The notes under the pieces: model-generated
Databases searched by the model: none
The model's input: only the letters and a program-made list of their open reading frames with translations
Told to the model about the DNA's origin: nothing
Shown here: piece by piece, positions 38,521 to 48,107 of the stretch
How positions within the stretch are numbered: the first letter of the stretch is position 1
How the letters are laid out: each line of letters begins with the position of its first letter
From: Spirochaetia bacterium
GTDB taxonomy: Bacteria; Spirochaetota; Spirochaetia; CADAEX01
DNA length: 64,000 nt
Assembly: GCA_963662795.1 (NCBI GenBank)
Contig: OY759746.1
Span: 2,208,001 to 2,272,000, forward strand
Reading direction: 5' to 3'
Translations under genes and position numbers: made by a program

Positions 38521-39215
38521 AAATCATAACCTCGGTTGACATATCTGATAAAATATTAACCGGGGTGTATTATGGATCCTTACCAGAAAAGAATAGTGAA
38601 TAAAAAAATCAAAGTCATTGAACATGACCAAAAAACAGAAAACGTTTCTTTAACCTGCAGATACTTTGGAATATCAAGACAAACCTTTTATGAATGAAAA
38701 AGAGCTTATGAAGAAATTGGAGAAGCTGCTTTTGTAAATAAAAGCCAGGTTTTCCATCAGGCAGCAGTCCTCTCCAGACAGCTCCACCAATTGCCCTAAA
38801 AAATCATTTATTTAAGAAAAAAATATCATTTTGGAGCTGTGAGAATTTCATGGTATCTAAAACGCTATCATAGAATAAAAATCAGTTCAGGAGGTGTTTA
38901 TTACACCTTAAAACGAAATGGACTTAATCTCCTGCCAAAAAACCTGAGAAAACGTTCTATTCCGTCGTTTCAAAGATATGAGAAGCTTACTTCCGGGTCA
39001 TCATGTTCAGGTTGACGTTAAATTCTTATTCTTTTATGATGAAAATGGCAAAAGAATCAAGCGTTTCCAGTATACTGCAATTGATGATTCGACCAGAGTA
39101 AGGGCTTTAAAAATATACAAGCGACATACTCAGGAAAATGCGGTTGATTTTATAAATTACATTATTTCGTCATTTTCTTTTAGAATCCATACTATCCGAA
39201 CTGACAATGGTCATG
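38514..39215 (+). mobile_element. Degenerate, truncated IS481-family element
   Basis: TGT-start end; from 38572 MDPYQKR...NVSLTCRYFGISRQTFYE*KR (stop 38695), frameshifts, then PGHHVQVDVKF...QYTAIDDSTR...IRTDNGH integrase core, cut at the end of the DeoR gene. Confidence 0.85.
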
Positions 39216-39226
39216 ACCCACACATT

Positions 39227-40060
39227 TTACACAATGTAAAGTTTAATACCTTTTTCCTTGAAAATATTTTGAAACTCAGAAGATATCTTTGAATCAGTAA
39301 TTATAATATCAAATTCATCTATATCAGCAAAATATACATTTTGTACATTACCAAATTTTGATGAATCTACCAATAATATTTTTGTATGAGATGAAGCAAT
39401 AATTGCTTTTTTAATATTTACAACATAAGGATTTGAGCATGTTACACCTAGCTGTTCGCTCACTCCGCCAGCTGCGAAAAATGCCTTATTAAATCGATTT
39501 TTGCGTAAAAGATTAATACTTTCTTCACATTCAAACACAAGAGTTTCTTCATGAAAATATCCTCCAGGGAAAATAATATCACAACCTTTTTTCATCTGAA
39601 TATTTACAAGTACATAGAATGCATGACATCCCACAATAAGATTTTTATTTTCAGGAATATTTCTTGATAGATACTCCATTGTTGAACCTGAATCAATATA
39701 GATATTATCACCTTCTTCAATTAACTCTATTGCTTTATTAACTATACGTATTTTTTCATCAACATTTCGATGTATTTCTGTTGGGAGATCATAGGTAACT
39801 TCATTTTTCTGATAAGTCTGCTGTTTATCACAATATTTATTGTACATAACGACTCCATTGATAACTGTAACAATATTTCTTTCATTCAATAACATTACAT
39901 CTCTATAAATAGTCATTTTAGTTACACCACAAAATTTAGCTAACTCATTTATAGTTATTATTTTATCTTTTTTTAGTTTAAATATTATTCTATTAAGCCG
40001 TAATGTTTTTTTGTTAGTATCCCCAATGTTTTCATTATTTCTATGGTTAGTTTCTATCAT
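39227..40060 (-). CDS. DeoR/GlpR family transcriptional regulator
   Basis: ELAKFCGVTKMTIYRD HTH, EKIRI, IYIDSGST, LLVDSSKFG, IITD. Confidence 0.92.
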   Translation of the reverse strand: MIETNHRNNENIGDTNKKTLRLNRIIFKLKKDKIITINELAKFCGVTKMTIYRDVMLLNERNIVTVINGVVMYNKYCDKQQTYQKNEVTYDLPTEIHRNVDEKIRIVNKAIELIEEGDNIYIDSGSTMEYLSRNIPENKNLIVGCHAFYVLVNIQMKKGCDIIFPGGYFHEETLVFECEESINLLRKNRFNKAFFAAGGVSEQLGVTCSNPYVVNIKKAIIASSHTKILLVDSSKFGNVQNVYFADIDEFDIIITDSKISSEFQNIFKEKGIKLYIV

Positions 40061-40175
40061 TTATAATATTACCTCAAAAAATAAATAAAAATATTAATGC
40101 TAAATATATTTATACATTAGAAAATAAAAAAGTAAACTGGTTTTTTTATAAAATGTTAATTTATTAAAAAAAAAT

Positions 40176-40223
40176 TTGACAGTTATAACAATCAATGATA
40201 AAATAATAACAATTAACTGTTAT
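40176..40223 (+). promoter_or_regulatory. sigma70 promoter of the tct operon with a candidate DeoR operator
   Basis: TTGACA-N17-TAAAAT; palindrome ATAACA-ATTAAC-TGTTAT (40206-40223) over the expected +1; related GTTATAAC within the spacer. Confidence 0.6.
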
Positions 40224-40243
40224 GGTTTTTTAGGAGGTATTAG

Positions 40244-41203
40244 ATGAAAAGAATAATAATGTCAATTGTTATTGTAATCCTGCTTACTCAAACGGCATGG
40301 TCTGCGGGTCAATCAGAAAAAGAATATCCAAGTAAGCCGATTCAGGTCGTTGTGCCTTATAGTGCTGGAGGCGGAACAGATATATTTGCCCGAACTGTTC
40401 TACGATATACTGATCTCAATGATGATATTGTGGTGAAAAATATTGCTGGTGGCGGTGCTAAACTTGGTACGATGGAGGTCATTAACAGTAAAGCTGATGG
40501 ATACACATTGCTTTCACATGTTATGGCGATCGCAATAGGTTATCATGCTGGACTATATGATACACCTCCATGGGAAAAGTTAGATCCTATTTGTTCGATA
40601 ACAGTTGAAGATAGTGGAATTTCTGTAAAAGCTGATTCACCTTGGAAAACAATAGATGATTTAATCAATTATGCTAAAGAAAATCCTGGGAAATTGAGAT
40701 TGGGGTTTGCTGGTGTAGGTGGAACAACTCATTCAGTTAGTGCGATTTTTGCAATGAAAGCTGGAATTGATGTAAATTTTACGCCATTTAAGGGCGGTGC
40801 AGACTCTCGGGTAGCATTGGCAGGTGGTCATATTGATGCAATTAGTACACAAGTTTCAGAAGTTATTGACTTAGTTGAAGCAGGAGAACTTCGTATGCTT
40901 GTTACTACGGGGTCGAAAAGACACTATCTTGTCCCAAATGTCCCTACTTTAAAAGAAAGTGGAATTGATTTTGTGTTTCAGGTCTGGAGAGGGTTCTTTG
41001 CGCCTAAAGGCACTCCGCAGAATATTTTAAATACCCTTGAAAAATCAATGGAGAATGCAACCAAGAATAAGGAATTTGTGGAAGTAATGAAGAAATTAGG
41101 TTATGAAATCGAATTTAGGGGATCGGAAAAATTCTTGGATGAAATAAAAAGGAATCATGTAGAATTCGCAAAAATAAGTGATATTTTAAAAGGTGAAAAG
41201 TAA
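40244..41203 (+). CDS. tctC: Tripartite tricarboxylate transporter substrate-binding protein (TctC/Bug)
   Basis: YPSKPIQVVVPYSAGGGTDIFAR, ADGYTL, PFKGG, VPTLKESG, WRGFFAPKGTP. Confidence 0.92.
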   Translation: MKRIIMSIVIVILLTQTAWSAGQSEKEYPSKPIQVVVPYSAGGGTDIFARTVLRYTDLNDDIVVKNIAGGGAKLGTMEVINSKADGYTLLSHVMAIAIGYHAGLYDTPPWEKLDPICSITVEDSGISVKADSPWKTIDDLINYAKENPGKLRLGFAGVGGTTHSVSAIFAMKAGIDVNFTPFKGGADSRVALAGGHIDAISTQVSEVIDLVEAGELRMLVTTGSKRHYLVPNVPTLKESGIDFVFQVWRGFFAPKGTPQNILNTLEKSMENATKNKEFVEVMKKLGYEIEFRGSEKFLDEIKRNHVEFAKISDILKGEK

Positions 41204-41232
41204 GAGGAAAGAATAGTTTCTTCACTAAAATT

Positions 41233-41279
41233 AAGTAAATTGTTCCGGTGTAATTATTATGCTGGAACAATTTTACTTT
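41233..41279 (+). other. Intergenic stem-loop between tctC and tctB (mRNA-stabilising or partial terminator)
   Basis: aagtaaattgttccggtgtaa...tgctggaacaattttacttt inverted repeat. Confidence 0.55.
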
Positions 41280-41294
41280 AAAAGGGTAGGTAAA

Positions 41295-41777
41295 ATGAAT
41301 GCATTGAAATCTGATACAAATATTGGATTTTTTATACTATTGGTAAGTATATTATTTTTCGCAGGTAGTTTTTCCATTAAGCAAAGCACTTTTTCTGCAC
41401 CCATGGCTACTGCAACTTTTTTCCCGAGAGTTGTCAGTATACTATTGGCTATTTCCAGTATCAACCTGATTATTAAAGACTATTTGAAAAAAAAGAAATC
41501 AAAAGGTCGGGTACAATCCAAAAAAATGAACGGGAGTAGTGAGAAATATGTACAGTACATGATCGGTGCAACAGCTATCTATATTTTATTGATACCAATC
41601 ATTGGGTATTTAATTTCTACAATTATTTATATGATCAGCAGCTGCTTATTTTTAGGCGCGGCATTTATTAAAAAACGATGGGTAACTATTTTAATTGCAA
41701 TTTCGATTAGTGTTTTTTCCTATTTGTTATTTACGAAGATTCTTATAGTTTTATTACCAAGCGGGGTTTTTATCTAA
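41295..41777 (+). CDS. tctB: TctB-family small membrane subunit
   Basis: Four TM helices, FFPR motif, IGYLIST, C-terminal F...L.VLLPSG. Confidence 0.85.
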   Translation: MNALKSDTNIGFFILLVSILFFAGSFSIKQSTFSAPMATATFFPRVVSILLAISSINLIIKDYLKKKKSKGRVQSKKMNGSSEKYVQYMIGATAIYILLIPIIGYLISTIIYMISSCLFLGAAFIKKRWVTILIAISISVFSYLLFTKILIVLLPSGVFI

Positions 41778-41796
41778 TGGAAGAGGATGGTTAGAG

Positions 41797-43296
41797 ATGT
41801 TATTTTTTGAAACATTAAAATATGGAATTGAACATGTATTCACTTTTTATACTTTATTATTAATAGGTGGCGGAGTTTTATTTGGAATAATTTTTGGAGC
41901 AATTCCTGGATTGACGGCGACTCTGGCAGTTGCACTTTTATTGCCATTTACATATGGATTGGGACCTTTCAAGGGGCTATCACTTCTCCTTGGTATTTAT
42001 GTTGGAGCCATATCTGGAGGCTTGATTTCTGCTACTCTATTAAGTATTCCAGGGACTCCATCTTCAATAGTGACGACCTTTGATGCCTACCCAATGGCAA
42101 AAAAAGGAAAACCTTTGGAAGCATTGTCTATAGGTGTTTTTTCTTCATTAGTTGGCGGGATTTTCAGTGCTATTATTCTTACGGTTATTGCCCCGCAATT
42201 AGCAAAAATTGCCCTGAAATTTGGTCCTACAGAATATTTCTCACTGGGAATATTCGGGATAACTGTTGTAGCAAGTTTGTGTGCAAAAAATCTAAATAAA
42301 GGGATAATTGCAACATTACTAGGAATGCTTATAGCTACTGTTGGTATGGATCCGGTTACTGCTCGTCCCCGCTTTACTATGGGTTTTTTACAACTGGAGG
42401 GTGGATTTTCTTCACTTGCAACAATGTTAGGATTCTATGCTGCTGCACAAATATTTATCGATACAAAAAATATGGATATTGAACAGGAAGTTATTAAAAT
42501 TAACAATAAAAGCAATATCTTTTTTATGCCATTCAAATTAGTAAGTAAGCAGAAGATGAATTTATTACGTTCTGCAATAATTGGGACATTTATTGGCATT
42601 TTACCCGGAGCCGGAGGGAGTACTGCTGGTTTTTTAGCTTATGATCAGGCAAAAAAAGCATCAAAAGAAATAGAAAAATTTGGGACAGGGTATATTGATG
42701 GAATTGTTGCCTCTGAAACTGCTAACAATGCAGTTACCGGAGGGGCACTAATTCCGTTAATGACTCTTGGTATCCCGGGAGATGTTGTAACAGCAATTTT
42801 ATTGGGTGGTCTTATGATCCATGGATTAAGACCAGGTCCCCTATTGTTTAGAGACAATGCAGATGTGGTCGGTACAATCTTTGTTGCTCTTTTTGTATCA
42901 AATCTTTTTATGTATGTGATTGAAGCTGGTCTTATGAGAAGATTGACGAAGATAATTCAAATCCCCAAACATATTCTTATGCCAACCATAATGATAATGT
43001 GTGTAATTGGTGTATATTCCCTGAATAACAGGATATTTGATATGTGGGTTCTTTTAGTCTTTGGAATTTTTGGATATATTCTTGTTAAAAATGATATATC
43101 CCCAGCACCACTGGTTTTAGGGTACATTCTTACTGATATCATTGAGAGAAATTGGCGAGTTTCTGTAATGTCTTCGAAAGGAGATTTGATGCCTTTTATT
43201 ACTAGTCCAATATCATTATTATTATTAATTTTATCCTTAATTTCAATTTTATACCCATTTATTTCAGGCAAACTATCTATAAATCAAAAAAAATAA
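41797..43296 (+). CDS. tctA: TctA-family permease
   Basis: GAIPGLTATLAVALLLP, IPGTPSS..TTFDAYPMA, ETANNA, LGIPGD..TA, GLRPGP. Confidence 0.93.
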   Translation: MLFFETLKYGIEHVFTFYTLLLIGGGVLFGIIFGAIPGLTATLAVALLLPFTYGLGPFKGLSLLLGIYVGAISGGLISATLLSIPGTPSSIVTTFDAYPMAKKGKPLEALSIGVFSSLVGGIFSAIILTVIAPQLAKIALKFGPTEYFSLGIFGITVVASLCAKNLNKGIIATLLGMLIATVGMDPVTARPRFTMGFLQLEGGFSSLATMLGFYAAAQIFIDTKNMDIEQEVIKINNKSNIFFMPFKLVSKQKMNLLRSAIIGTFIGILPGAGGSTAGFLAYDQAKKASKEIEKFGTGYIDGIVASETANNAVTGGALIPLMTLGIPGDVVTAILLGGLMIHGLRPGPLLFRDNADVVGTIFVALFVSNLFMYVIEAGLMRRLTKIIQIPKHILMPTIMIMCVIGVYSLNNRIFDMWVLLVFGIFGYILVKNDISPAPLVLGYILTDIIERNWRVSVMSSKGDLMPFITSPISLLLLILSLISILYPFISGKLSINQKK

Positions 43297-43318
43297 ATTG
43301 TTTAAGGATTAGATTATA

Positions 43319-44098
43319 ATGATTAAAACTACGAAAAAAGATTTATTTGATATTCATTCAAAAAATGCAGTAGTTGTCGGTGGTGCTAGCGGTATTGGTA
43401 AGGCTATTTCTTATGCCTATGCTGAATTTGGTGCCAATGTATCAATAGTAGACATTAATTATGATGCTGCATTAAAAGTTGCTGAAGAAATAAATAAAAC
43501 ATTTAACAGTTTTGCAAAAGCTTATAAATCTAATGTTTCAGATAAGCAGCAGGTTTTCGAAAGTATAAATAACATAAAAAAAGATTTTGGCTCAATTGAT
43601 ATTTTTGTGTACAGTGCGGGAATTAATTTCAGAGAATATGTTGTTGATATCATAGAGAAAAACTGGGACAGCATTATAACTGTAAATCTGAAAGGAGCAT
43701 TTCTTTACGGCCAGGCTGTTGGAATGGAAATGATCAAAACAGGAGGAGGTAAGATAATAAATATTGCCTCTGTTTCTTCTCATCTTGGTCATCCTAAAAG
43801 GGGAGCATATGCTGCAAGCAAGGGTGGTTTAATACAGCTGACTAAAGTTATGGCTAATGAGTGGGCTAAATACAATATTAATGTTAATGCAATTTCCCCT
43901 GTAGCTGTATTAACACCTTTGGTTAAAGATCTGGTTGATACTGAAGATAAGATGAAAGAATTAACTAAAAACATCCCTATGGGGAGAATTGCAGAACCTG
44001 ATGATATCGTTGGAACAGCAATATACTTGTCTTCAAAAGCTTCAAATTTTGTTACTGGAGTAAACATCTTTGTTGATGGCGGAAGAATAATTGATTGA
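43319..44098 (+). CDS. SDR oxidoreductase (gluconate-5-dehydrogenase-like)
   Basis: GGASGIG, SAGI, NIAS, YAASKGG, NVNAISP, VDGG. Confidence 0.88.
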   Translation: MIKTTKKDLFDIHSKNAVVVGGASGIGKAISYAYAEFGANVSIVDINYDAALKVAEEINKTFNSFAKAYKSNVSDKQQVFESINNIKKDFGSIDIFVYSAGINFREYVVDIIEKNWDSIITVNLKGAFLYGQAVGMEMIKTGGGKIINIASVSSHLGHPKRGAYAASKGGLIQLTKVMANEWAKYNINVNAISPVAVLTPLVKDLVDTEDKMKELTKNIPMGRIAEPDDIVGTAIYLSSKASNFVTGVNIFVDGGRIID

Positions 44099-44128
44099 TT
44101 TTACTAAAATTATTAAGGAGTTTTGATC

Positions 44129-45790
44129 ATGCTTGAAAATAATGGAGCAAATTATCTTGCAAAATTTTTAAAAAATTATGGAGTATCACATGTTTTTTAT
44201 GTACTTGCGATATTAAGAAAAAGTTTGTCGTATATGGAAAAACAGGGAATTAAGAGGATAACAGCTCATAGTGAAAAAGCTGCTGTATATATGGCTGATG
44301 GGTATGCCCGAATTTCACATAAACCTGGTATAGCTATGTCACAGTCAGTTGGAGCGGCAAATCTTGCTGCCGGACTTCAGGACCCCTTTTTAGCTCATTC
44401 TCCTGTAATAGCAATAACCGGAAGAAAACCATTTATTGCACAATACAGAAATGCATATCAGGAAATAAAGCATGAACCAATGTTTGATCCTGTAACAAAA
44501 TATAATGTTAATATTGATACAGGTCTTCAGTTGCCCTTATTACTGAGACAGGCGTTTAGAGAGGCTACAAGCGGAGCACCCCGGCCGGTACATCTGGATT
44601 TATTGGGTTTTGCCGGAGAAAATATCGAAAATGAAATTATCAGTGATGATCTTGATGTTGAGCTGGAATACACTAAATTCCCTTCATACAGACCTGTCCC
44701 TGAAGATAAGGAATTTGAAAAAGCTGTAGATTTAATAAAAAAAGCAAATAAACCTGTTATTGTTTATGGCATCGGAGCTGTCGCTTCCAGTGCCGGTGAA
44801 GAGATATTAAAGCTCTCTGAATTATTATCAATTCCTGTTGCTTATTCTGTTAATGGTAAAGGCCTGCTTCCGGATACATACAGTTTAAACGCCGGTAGTG
44901 TCGGTACTTATTCCTGCTTATCTGCAAATGAAATTGTCTCAGAAGCTGATTTGGTAATCTATATCGGATGTGGTGTTGGAGATCAGGTGACAATGAACTG
45001 GACTATACCTTCAGATGAAGTAATAAAAATTCAAATAGATATTGATCCTTCTGAACTTGGACGAAATTATAAAAACACAACCGGTCTTCTCGGAGATGCT
45101 AAAAAAACGGTTGCCAAACTTGTTCAGTTGTTGAGGAAAGTAGAGAAAAAATCAGAATGGGCAGATATTGCTTTAAATATTATTAATACATGGAAAAAGA
45201 AAATTGAGCCCTTAAGAAATTCAGATCAAAAACCAATCAGACCAGAAAGATTATGTAAAGAAATAAGTGATACAATTCCGGATGACGCAATTGTTGTAGC
45301 TGATACCGGATATTCTGCCATGTGGGCGAGCAGTATGATTGAATTTAAAAGTATTGAGCAAACTTTCATAAGAGCAGCCGGTTCCCTGGGCTGGGCGTTT
45401 CCCGCTTCTCTTGGGGCAAAATGTGCAGCCCCGGATAGACCGGTTATTTGTTTTACAGGTGACGGCGGATTCTGGTATCATTTTGCTGAACTTGAAACTG
45501 CTATAAGATGGAATATAAATACTATAACGATCATAAATAATAACAGTGCTTTTGGGCAAAGTATTGTAGGAATAGAAAATGCATATGAGGAAAGAAAAGG
45601 TAATAGTGAAGAATTATATGCTTTTAAAAAGACTAATTTTGCAAATATAGCCAATGAAATGGGATGCTTAGGTATAAGAGTAGAAAAACCTGAAGATATT
45701 TCATCAGCTATTAAGCAGGCTCTGGATTCACCATTACCAGTTGTTATTGATGTGATTTCCGACCGCTTAAGCAAACCAGTTACTTGTTAA
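44129..45790 (+). CDS. ThDP-dependent enzyme of the acetolactate synthase/decarboxylase family, substrate unknown
   Basis: HSEKAAVYMADGYAR, SVGAANL, RPVHLDL, GDGGFWYH...NNN ThDP motif; no ilvN nearby. Confidence 0.85.
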   Translation: MLENNGANYLAKFLKNYGVSHVFYVLAILRKSLSYMEKQGIKRITAHSEKAAVYMADGYARISHKPGIAMSQSVGAANLAAGLQDPFLAHSPVIAITGRKPFIAQYRNAYQEIKHEPMFDPVTKYNVNIDTGLQLPLLLRQAFREATSGAPRPVHLDLLGFAGENIENEIISDDLDVELEYTKFPSYRPVPEDKEFEKAVDLIKKANKPVIVYGIGAVASSAGEEILKLSELLSIPVAYSVNGKGLLPDTYSLNAGSVGTYSCLSANEIVSEADLVIYIGCGVGDQVTMNWTIPSDEVIKIQIDIDPSELGRNYKNTTGLLGDAKKTVAKLVQLLRKVEKKSEWADIALNIINTWKKKIEPLRNSDQKPIRPERLCKEISDTIPDDAIVVADTGYSAMWASSMIEFKSIEQTFIRAAGSLGWAFPASLGAKCAAPDRPVICFTGDGGFWYHFAELETAIRWNINTITIINNNSAFGQSIVGIENAYEERKGNSEELYAFKKTNFANIANEMGCLGIRVEKPEDISSAIKQALDSPLPVVIDVISDRLSKPVTC

Positions 45791-45813
45791 CTGAGTAATT
45801 GGAGGGGGGTATT

Positions 45814-46596
45814 ATGTTACTTAAGAATGATGTTGCAATAGTTACAGGTGGTGCAAAAGAAATTGGGCAAAAAATTGCTTTTGGCTTGGCAAAAGAAGGG
45901 GCTAAAGTTGTAGTTGTAGATATTGATGATGAAGAAGGGAAAAAGACTGTAGATATTATTAAAAAGGAATATAGAACTGAAGCTTTGTCTTTCAGTATTG
46001 ATGTCTGCAATGATAATCAGGTAAATGATATGGTGAAAAAGGTAATAAACGAATTTGGAGAAATTACCATTTTAATTAATAATGCAGGAATAATGGGGCC
46101 GGTTGACAATATTGAAAATATTTCTGAAGAGGATTGGGATAAGACAATGTCTGTTAATTTAAAAGGAGTGTTTCTTTGTTCTAAATATGTAATTCCATAT
46201 ATGAAAAAAAAGAAAAATGGCAACATTGTAAACATTGCCTCAATATCCGGTAAAAGAGCTCTTCCGCTCCGAACACCATATACTACCACCAAAATGGGAG
46301 TGATTGGACTTACCAGAACTTTAGCTGCTGAAGTTGGATCTTCCGGTATTAGGGTAAATTCAATTTGTCCTGGCTCTGTTCTTGGTAATCGTCAGAAGTA
46401 TGTTTTTGAAGGGATTATGAAGGCGACAGGAAAAAGCTGGGACCAGGTAAAAAAGGAGAAGGCTGAAGTAACAGCTTTAAAAACTTTTGTCGATCCTGAA
46501 TATATTGCAAATACAGTCGTATTTTTATGTTCAAAACAATCCTGGGTTATAACCGGACAGGATATAAATGTCTGCGGTGGAGCGATTATGTATTGA
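45814..46596 (+). CDS. SDR oxidoreductase
   Basis: TGGAKEIG (atypical GxxxGxG), NNAG, NIAS, PYTTTK, RVNSICPG. Confidence 0.85.
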   Translation: MLLKNDVAIVTGGAKEIGQKIAFGLAKEGAKVVVVDIDDEEGKKTVDIIKKEYRTEALSFSIDVCNDNQVNDMVKKVINEFGEITILINNAGIMGPVDNIENISEEDWDKTMSVNLKGVFLCSKYVIPYMKKKKNGNIVNIASISGKRALPLRTPYTTTKMGVIGLTRTLAAEVGSSGIRVNSICPGSVLGNRQKYVFEGIMKATGKSWDQVKKEKAEVTALKTFVDPEYIANTVVFLCSKQSWVITGQDINVCGGAIMY

Positions 46597-46727
46597 AATG
46601 AACTTTTTGCTTTTTTGCAATAGTATCATGATTATTAGTTGAGATATGTAAGCGTAATTCTAAAATACGTCCCCCTTGACTTTGATTATATTGTATCAAT
46701 TTTAAAATAATTATATGGAGGAAAATA

Positions 46728-48107
46728 ATGGAAGCGAAAGAAATGGTAGCTGCTCTGATAAAAAGAGGGAGGGCGGCGCAGAAGATAGCGGACGGATACA
46801 GCCAGGAAAAGGTTGATGAACTTGTAAAGGCGATATCATGGGCTATAGTAAAGAAGGAAAACTCGGAAAAAATAGCGCGCCTTGCGGTGGATGAATCGCA
46901 GCTCGGACACTATGAAGGAAAATACGGAAAGCTGCAAAAGAAAATCCGCGGTGTAGTTCGTGATGTGGCCGGAGTAAAATCTGTAGGTATAATTGAGCGT
47001 GATGAGAAAAAAGGACTCCTTAAAATAGCAAAACCTGTTGGAGTAATAGGGGCGCTTGTCCCCTGCACAAATCCTGAGGCGACCCCTGTAATCAAGGCGA
47101 TAAACTCGATCAAGGGAAGAAACGCAATCATCTTCGCGCCGCACCCGAGGACAAAGAAAACCAATACCCTTATAGTAAACATTATGAGGGACGCGCTTAA
47201 AAGACACGGAGCGCCGGAAGACCTTATAATCGGAATAGAAGAGCCTTCGATGGACGCAAGCGGAGAGCTTATGGCCCAGTGCGACCTTGTTGTTGCAACA
47301 GGCGGGGCAGGGATGGTAAAAGCTGCATATTCATCAGGAACTCCTGCATACGGAGTAGGTGCCGGAAATGTTGTAGTTGTAGTTGATGAGACAGCAGACT
47401 TTAAAGACAGCGCAAAGAAGATAATGCTGAGCAAGACATTTGATCTTGCAACCAGCTGCAGCGCGGACAATAATATCGTTCTTGTCGATGAGGTTTATGA
47501 AAAAATGCTTGATGAGCTTAAGGCAGTGGGCGGGTACATGTGCTCATCCGATGAGAAGGCAAAGCTTCAGAAGGTAGTCTTTCCAGATAATCATCTCGGA
47601 CGGGACCATGTCGCACAGAGTGCACAGAAGATAGCATCCCTTGCGGGGTTTAAAATACCTGAAGGTGTAACCTTCATCCTTGTTGAGGAAGACGGTGTAG
47701 GGGCAAGCCATCCGTTCAGCGGAGAGAAGATGAGCGTAATCGCAGCTGTTCATAAAGTAGCTGATTTTAAGGCCGCGATTGATAAGGTAAACGAGATAAC
47801 ATCCTATCAGGGCGCGGGGCACTCCTGTGGACTTTACTCAAATGATATGAAGCGGATAGAAGAGTACGGTCTTAAAACAAAGACAAGCCGCGTAATGATA
47901 AGGCAGCCGCAGGTGTTCGGGAACAGCGGAAACTGGGACAACGGTCTTCCATTTACCCTTACCTTGGGATGCGGGACATGGGGAGGCAACATCTCAAGCG
48001 AGAACATCACCTGGAAGCATTTTATCAACATAACATGGCTTTCGATGCCTATCCCTGAGGTAATACCCAGAGATGAGGACCTCTTCGGCGATATCATGAA
48101 GGAATAG
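46728..48107 (+). CDS. CoA-acylating aldehyde dehydrogenase (SauS-like subfamily)
   Basis: PVGVIGALVPCTNP, ATGGAGMV, GVGAGN, SKTFDLATSCSADN (catalytic Cys), GEKMS, LGCGTWGGNISSENITWKHF. Confidence 0.85.
   Translation: MEAKEMVAALIKRGRAAQKIADGYSQEKVDELVKAISWAIVKKENSEKIARLAVDESQLGHYEGKYGKLQKKIRGVVRDVAGVKSVGIIERDEKKGLLKIAKPVGVIGALVPCTNPEATPVIKAINSIKGRNAIIFAPHPRTKKTNTLIVNIMRDALKRHGAPEDLIIGIEEPSMDASGELMAQCDLVVATGGAGMVKAAYSSGTPAYGVGAGNVVVVVDETADFKDSAKKIMLSKTFDLATSCSADNNIVLVDEVYEKMLDELKAVGGYMCSSDEKAKLQKVVFPDNHLGRDHVAQSAQKIASLAGFKIPEGVTFILVEEDGVGASHPFSGEKMSVIAAVHKVADFKAAIDKVNEITSYQGAGHSCGLYSNDMKRIEEYGLKTKTSRVMIRQPQVFGNSGNWDNGLPFTLTLGCGTWGGNISSENITWKHFINITWLSMPIPEVIPRDEDLFGDIMKE

Noticed and set aside
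35732-38697. In-frame TGA at apparent Trp positions (35732, 38695) suggesting TGA=Trp or Sec recoding
   Set aside because: Intact genes here (Ehr small subunit, nth, rpmB, queH) end at TGA and use TGG for Trp; both cases sit in elements with other frameshifts, so they are ordinary nonsense mutations.
38978-39292. Intact 104-aa gene
   Set aside because: It is the frameshifted integrase-core fragment of the IS481 remnant reading into the antisense of deoR.
44129-45790. Annotation as biosynthetic ilvB or as xsc
   Set aside because: No ilvN/ilvC/ilvD or pta in context, and I do not recognise Xsc-specific sequence; left as a ThDP enzyme of unknown substrate.
46647-46676. TGTAAGCG...TACGTCCCCC as a mobile-element end at the right edge of the island
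   Set aside because: No matching inverted or direct partner found at the IS481 end and no transposase adjacent; too short to support.
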